IMG/VR virus record: IMGVR_UViG_3300027887_000023
Location: 1 to 42,035 of that record
Direction: 5' to 3' (one strand)
From: a virus
Taxonomy: Duplodnaviria > Caudoviricetes
Length of the DNA: 42,035 bases
Shown here: positions 38,984 through 42,035 of the stretch, piece after piece
How the letters are laid out: the number at the start of each line of letters is the position of its first letter
Numbering within the stretch: position 1 is the first letter of the stretch
The notes under the pieces: generated by a model
What the model was told of the DNA's origin: nothing
Seen by the model: only the letters and a program-made list of their open reading frames with translations
Databases searched by the model: none
Made by a program: the position numbers and the translations under genes

Positions 38984-39604
38984 CTAACAGGCCTCCATAT
39001 CAAATAAACTTAGTTGCTGGGGAGGAGAAAATGTTGAAGGCGAAACTTCGGGGGCGGAGGCATGACCCTCTTCGCCTCCAACATCAATGATGCTACTTTC
39101 TGCGGCAGGTTCAGATTTAACACCATTGTCAATAGACAACTGGGAGGATTTCAGCTGCCTAGGAGTTAGATTTTGCGTTTTGGTCATCTTTTGCTTATAT
39201 GCTTCTGCGACAAGATCTGCTAAGTCTGTCGATACAGTTAGTGTTTTGTCAATAGCCTTAAACCCCGACCGATCTAGCACATCCCACGCAGACTTAAGCC
39301 TAAGGTCAGGCTTAATTTCCTGTTGTCCAACGGTTCCCAGCATTACCGCCTCTCTGCATAACTTAGCTGCAGCACTAGAGGTCTCCTCCAACACTATCAT
39401 TGCATTCTCCCTGCCTTCCAAAAAACGCTCGTGCAGCTTCGCCTGTTCTAACTCGAGCCTCGCTCGGAAGATTGGGTCGCTTTGTAGTATGGATAAGTAA
39501 GATTCTGACATTCCTAGTTCCAGGCACACATCCCCTGGAGTCTGCCCCACCAGAAGCCTTCTGATTATGTCCATATGCCGGTAACCTATCTTTTTTAACC
39601 CCAT
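38984..39604 (-). CDS. terS: Putative terminase small subunit (HTH)
   Basis: N-terminal HTH TPGDVCLELGMSESYLSIL, AWDVLDRSG; directly upstream of terL. Confidence 0.65.
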   Translation of the reverse strand: MGLKKIGYRHMDIIRRLLVGQTPGDVCLELGMSESYLSILQSDPIFRARLELEQAKLHERFLEGRENAMIVLEETSSAAAKLCREAVMLGTVGQQEIKPDLRLKSAWDVLDRSGFKAIDKTLTVSTDLADLVAEAYKQKMTKTQNLTPRQLKSSQLSIDNGVKSEPAAESSIIDVGGEEGHASAPEVSPSTFSPPQQLSLFDMEAC

Positions 39605-40019
39605 CTTTTAACCCCTGTATTAAATTCGTCAAGTCATCATACGCCATTTGGTCGCCTCCAACCATCAATATCCTTACCTTTTGAGGCTACGCCTCCCTTA
39701 TTTTTACTATTCCCAACCATTCTTCTAATTGTCTAAATTCTACCACAGCCCTCGACTTTAGTCAAACTTATTCTTCTTGATCTGATCCACCCCTTACTAT
39801 TTTCACTATAATGCCATCCTTTTTCCGATGATATGTACCATTGATGCCCCTAATGGCTCTGCCGATGACTATAAAGATAGTAGAGGTTTGAAAAATTACA
39901 TCCGGTTGGAGAGGGTAGGCATGGGTTTATAAGCAAAAATAACTGCATTTTATTTTGATTGGGTTTGATTGGGTTTGAGTTGGTGAGACTTAGTTAAGTT
40001 AAGTCTAAGTAGGTTGGGT

Positions 40020-40063
40020 GTCAAAAACTTGACATATAAGGTTATGGCCGTCAATAACTTGAC
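40020..40063. repeat. Two GTCA-N6-TGAC palindromes, 30 bp apart
   Basis: GTCAAAAACTTGAC (40020) and GTCAATAACTTGAC (40050). Confidence 0.7.
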
Positions 40064-40189
40064 GTTATTGGTTCCAGTAAAGATAGTATATATTATAAAC
40101 AATATCTTTATTATATTATCTATTAGTTATATAGTTATAAAAACTATCTATATAATAAATAGTATAAAAACTATACTATTGAGTATAGG

Positions 40190-40226
40190 TAAAAAATATC
40201 CGGTAAGTTTATTTCACCTTACCGGA
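40190..40226 (-). terminator. Rho-independent terminator
   Basis: TCCGGTAAG/CTTACCGGA stem followed on the minus strand by TATTTTTT, just past the stop at 40256. Confidence 0.75.
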
Positions 40227-40255
40227 CAGTGTTCGTATTCAGTTTTTATTGGCTC

Positions 40256-40654
40256 TTATTTTATCAGAGCAATGAGCTTTGCCGGATCAACTTTTATCTT
40301 TCCCTTTCCTATACTGGTCAAGACCAGTTTTATTTGGTCTTGCGTGGCGGTTCCGGCCTTAAATGCCTTCAGAGCATTTTCCCTCTCAAGCGACTTATTT
40401 GAGTCAGCTCTAAATTCATTCATGGCATCTGTAATAGTCTGCCGATTAACGTCTTCTAGCCGGTTAAGGTCAAGTTCTTTGCGTGCAAGGTCAAGACCAG
40501 CTTCATTCAACTTGTATACTGTCTGTTCAATAGAACCGATAGAAGTTTTATCCGTAAAAACTTCTATCTTATATGTTACAGTATTTGCGGTTTCTTTCAC
40601 TACCAGTCTATTGGCCGATACTTTCTGTTCTTTTTTACTCATGATTTTCTCCAT
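40256..40654 (-). CDS. Hypothetical early protein
   Basis: 132 aa (start may be 40642 with GGAG); has its own promoter and terminator. Confidence 0.7.
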   Translation of the reverse strand: MEKIMSKKEQKVSANRLVVKETANTVTYKIEVFTDKTSIGSIEQTVYKLNEAGLDLARKELDLNRLEDVNRQTITDAMNEFRADSNKSLERENALKAFKAGTATQDQIKLVLTSIGKGKIKVDPAKLIALIK

Positions 40655-40815
40655 TGTTTAACGTCCTTTGGACGGCACAAAGGCAATTACAGGATTATAA
40701 AAGACACAACGATAAAAGACACAACAAGAATACAAACAACAAGAAAACTTACAATCTCTTTTAGCACGCAATCACCGTCCTTTCATATTAAATGTTATTC
40801 ATAATCTTTATATAC

Positions 40816-40844
40816 AATATAATCTTTATTAAAAACATTGTCAA
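40816..40844 (-). promoter_or_regulatory. Sigma70-type promoter
   Basis: TTGACA-N17-TATATT on the minus strand with A/T tracts upstream. Confidence 0.75.
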
Positions 40845-40906
40845 GTGTTTTTTTAATCTTTTTTAAAAAATATGCAATTATTTTTATAATCCTGTAAAAA
40901 ATTAAT

Positions 40907-40941
40907 TGGCATATAATTTGCATAATGCTTAAACCATGCCA
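40907..40941. promoter_or_regulatory. Face-to-face sigma54 -24/-12 motif pair 1
   Basis: + TGGCATATAATTTGCA (40907-40922); - TGGCATGGTTTAAGCA (40941-40926); both GG-N10-GC. Confidence 0.65.
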
Positions 40942-40969
40942 AGAAATAGTTTTTATGGTAATGACTGTT

Positions 40970-41005
40970 TGGCATGAAAATTGCATACAAGCAAAGGCTG
41001 TGCCA
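40970..41005. promoter_or_regulatory. Face-to-face sigma54 -24/-12 motif pair 2
   Basis: + TGGCATGAAAATTGCA (40970-40985); - TGGCACAGCCTTTGCT (41005-40990); both GG-N10-GC. Confidence 0.72.
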
Positions 41006-41012
41006 ATACGCA

Positions 41013-41196
41013 GCCAATAATTTGACGCTGCAGCGTCAAGGAGGCTACACCGTCAAAATTTTGACACTCACCGGATCTTAGACACGACGTCTAATTTATG
41101 ACAGAGGATCTAATTACTGACAGGATGTCAGTTTTTAGACAAGATGTCAGTTTTAGACGCTGTGTCAGAAATTGGACCGTGTGTCAGGATCTAGAC
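41013..41196. repeat. Tandem array of about 10 degenerate GTC(A/T)-N6-(T/A)GAC palindromes, about 19-bp period
   Basis: Units begin near 41013, 41035, 41052, 41070, 41089, 41108, 41127, 41146, 41164, 41183. Confidence 0.8.
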
Positions 41197-41227
41197 AGCG
41201 TGTCCAGCATCAACCACCATCCCAGGC

Positions 41228-41528
41228 GATCATGTCGGGTCGGATGATGGGTCGGGTCGGGTCGGATCATCTGATGGTCGAATGACGTGTGCCAAACCAC
41301 AGATCATCAGGTCGGGTCGAGGATGGGTAGGGATGATGTAAGTGTCGATGATGGGTCGGGTCGATGAGGGTCGATATGGTCGAGGGTCGGGAAGATCATC
41401 CAATGGTCGGATGATGTGTTGGTCGGATGGTTGGAGCATCTATTTGGGTCGTAAGACAAAAGGATCATCCAATGGTCGGAGGTCCAGAGGATAAGAGAGT
41501 CCCCTGGATCATCCGATGGTCGAATGAC
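41228..41528. repeat. GGGTC/GATG low-complexity repeats with GATCATCnnATGGTCG units
   Basis: Units at 41265, 41394, 41463, 41507 (a further copy at 41897) among GGGTC runs. Confidence 0.75.
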
Positions 41529-41731
41529 TAGAACTTCTTGACAAAATCCACAAGTTCGTACGTCCTGGGATGGTCGGTATCAAGCCCATACTGCTGGCAT
41601 ATATAGGTGATACCGATGTCAACAAGTCTAGCTAGGGTCTTTTCGATGGGTTCGCCCAAAGCTGTTGCTAGATGCTTCACGGGTCGATGAACAGACCCAG
41701 CCAGCTTTATTTCTTTTATGTGATATATCAT
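41528..41731 (-). CDS. Putative ribbon-helix-helix DNA-binding protein
   Basis: Strand EIKL, helix SVHRPVKHLATALG, helix PIEKTLARLVDIGI; AAAGGA RBS. Confidence 0.5.
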   Translation of the reverse strand: MIYHIKEIKLAGSVHRPVKHLATALGEPIEKTLARLVDIGITYICQQYGLDTDHPRTYELVDFVKKF

Positions 41732-41750
41732 ATGTATCCTTTCTTAGATT

Positions 41751-41774
41751 CCGAGTTTACCTAGGTAAATACGG
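41751..41774. promoter_or_regulatory. 24-bp palindromic motif, copy 5 (most symmetric)
   Basis: CCGAGTTTACCTAGGTAAATACGG, arms extend to GATTCCG...CGGAATC; 19 nt upstream of the 41731 start. Confidence 0.72.
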
Positions 41775-42035
41775 AATCGACATGAAACATAAAATCGACA
41801 TGATCTATGTCATTAGATCAATTGGTTTAGAGCACATGGCATCGTCCTCTGCAGCAAGTTCTTCCATGGTCTTACGTTTGTAAGATGGTTTGGGTAGATC
41901 ATCAGATGGTCGAATGGTTTGAGGTTCTGGTTCGACATGATGGTCAAGGGCATCCCACGCAGATGTTAATGTTGATGGTTCGACATGTTTGGGCTTTGGG
42001 ATCTCCTGCCGATGCTCTTGTCGTTCATGAGCTTC

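Noticed and set aside
40014-40661. 215-aa + strand ORF
   Set aside because: Antisense to the 132-aa gene, runs through the AT-rich tract, no RBS
41230-41439. 69-aa Pro/Asp/Arg-rich ORF
   Set aside because: Translation of the low-complexity GGGTC repeat; no coding signal
41013-41530. CRISPR array or mini-array
   Set aside because: Units are degenerate with a 19-bp period and no unique spacers of about 30-40 bp; no cas genes
1-42035. Alternative genetic code as the explanation for the Asn excess
   Set aside because: Genes are intact and tightly packed under the standard code; enzymes and capsid have ordinary Asn content
1-42035. Prophage / integration module
   Set aside because: No integrase, att-flanked host genes or tRNA visible; lifestyle cannot be determined from this window

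Overview
The window is most of the genome of an AT-rich, long-tailed (siphovirus-like) dsDNA phage. Spanins and sigma54-type promoters point to a diderm host. No integrase, tRNA or CRISPR array is visible. The + strand (about 0.4-7.3 kb) holds a replication module: ParB-DNA methyltransferase fusion, UDG-domain/PolA fusion, MazG-like pyrophosphatase, DUF1937-like protein and a DUF3987-like ATPase. The - strand (39.6 to 7.4 kb) holds terminase, portal, head, tail and lysis genes. An 11 kb accessory block splits portal from protease; it encodes fibre/decoration proteins and a methyltransferase, glycosyltransferase, radical SAM and NDP-sugar dehydratase cassette. Main signals: (1) this sugar cassette coincides with strong Asn enrichment of likely surface-exposed virion proteins, a candidate phage-encoded virion N-glycosylation system; (2) five dispersed 24-bp palindromes CCGnnTTTA-N6-TAAAnnCGG, four of them 16-21 nt from start codons, one ahead of a ribbon-helix-helix-like gene; (3) a right-end control region with two face-to-face pairs of sigma54 -24/-12 motifs beside a 19-bp-period array of GTC(A/T)-N6-(T/A)GAC enhancer-like palindromes. 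All family calls come from motif recognition by eye; no searches were run.
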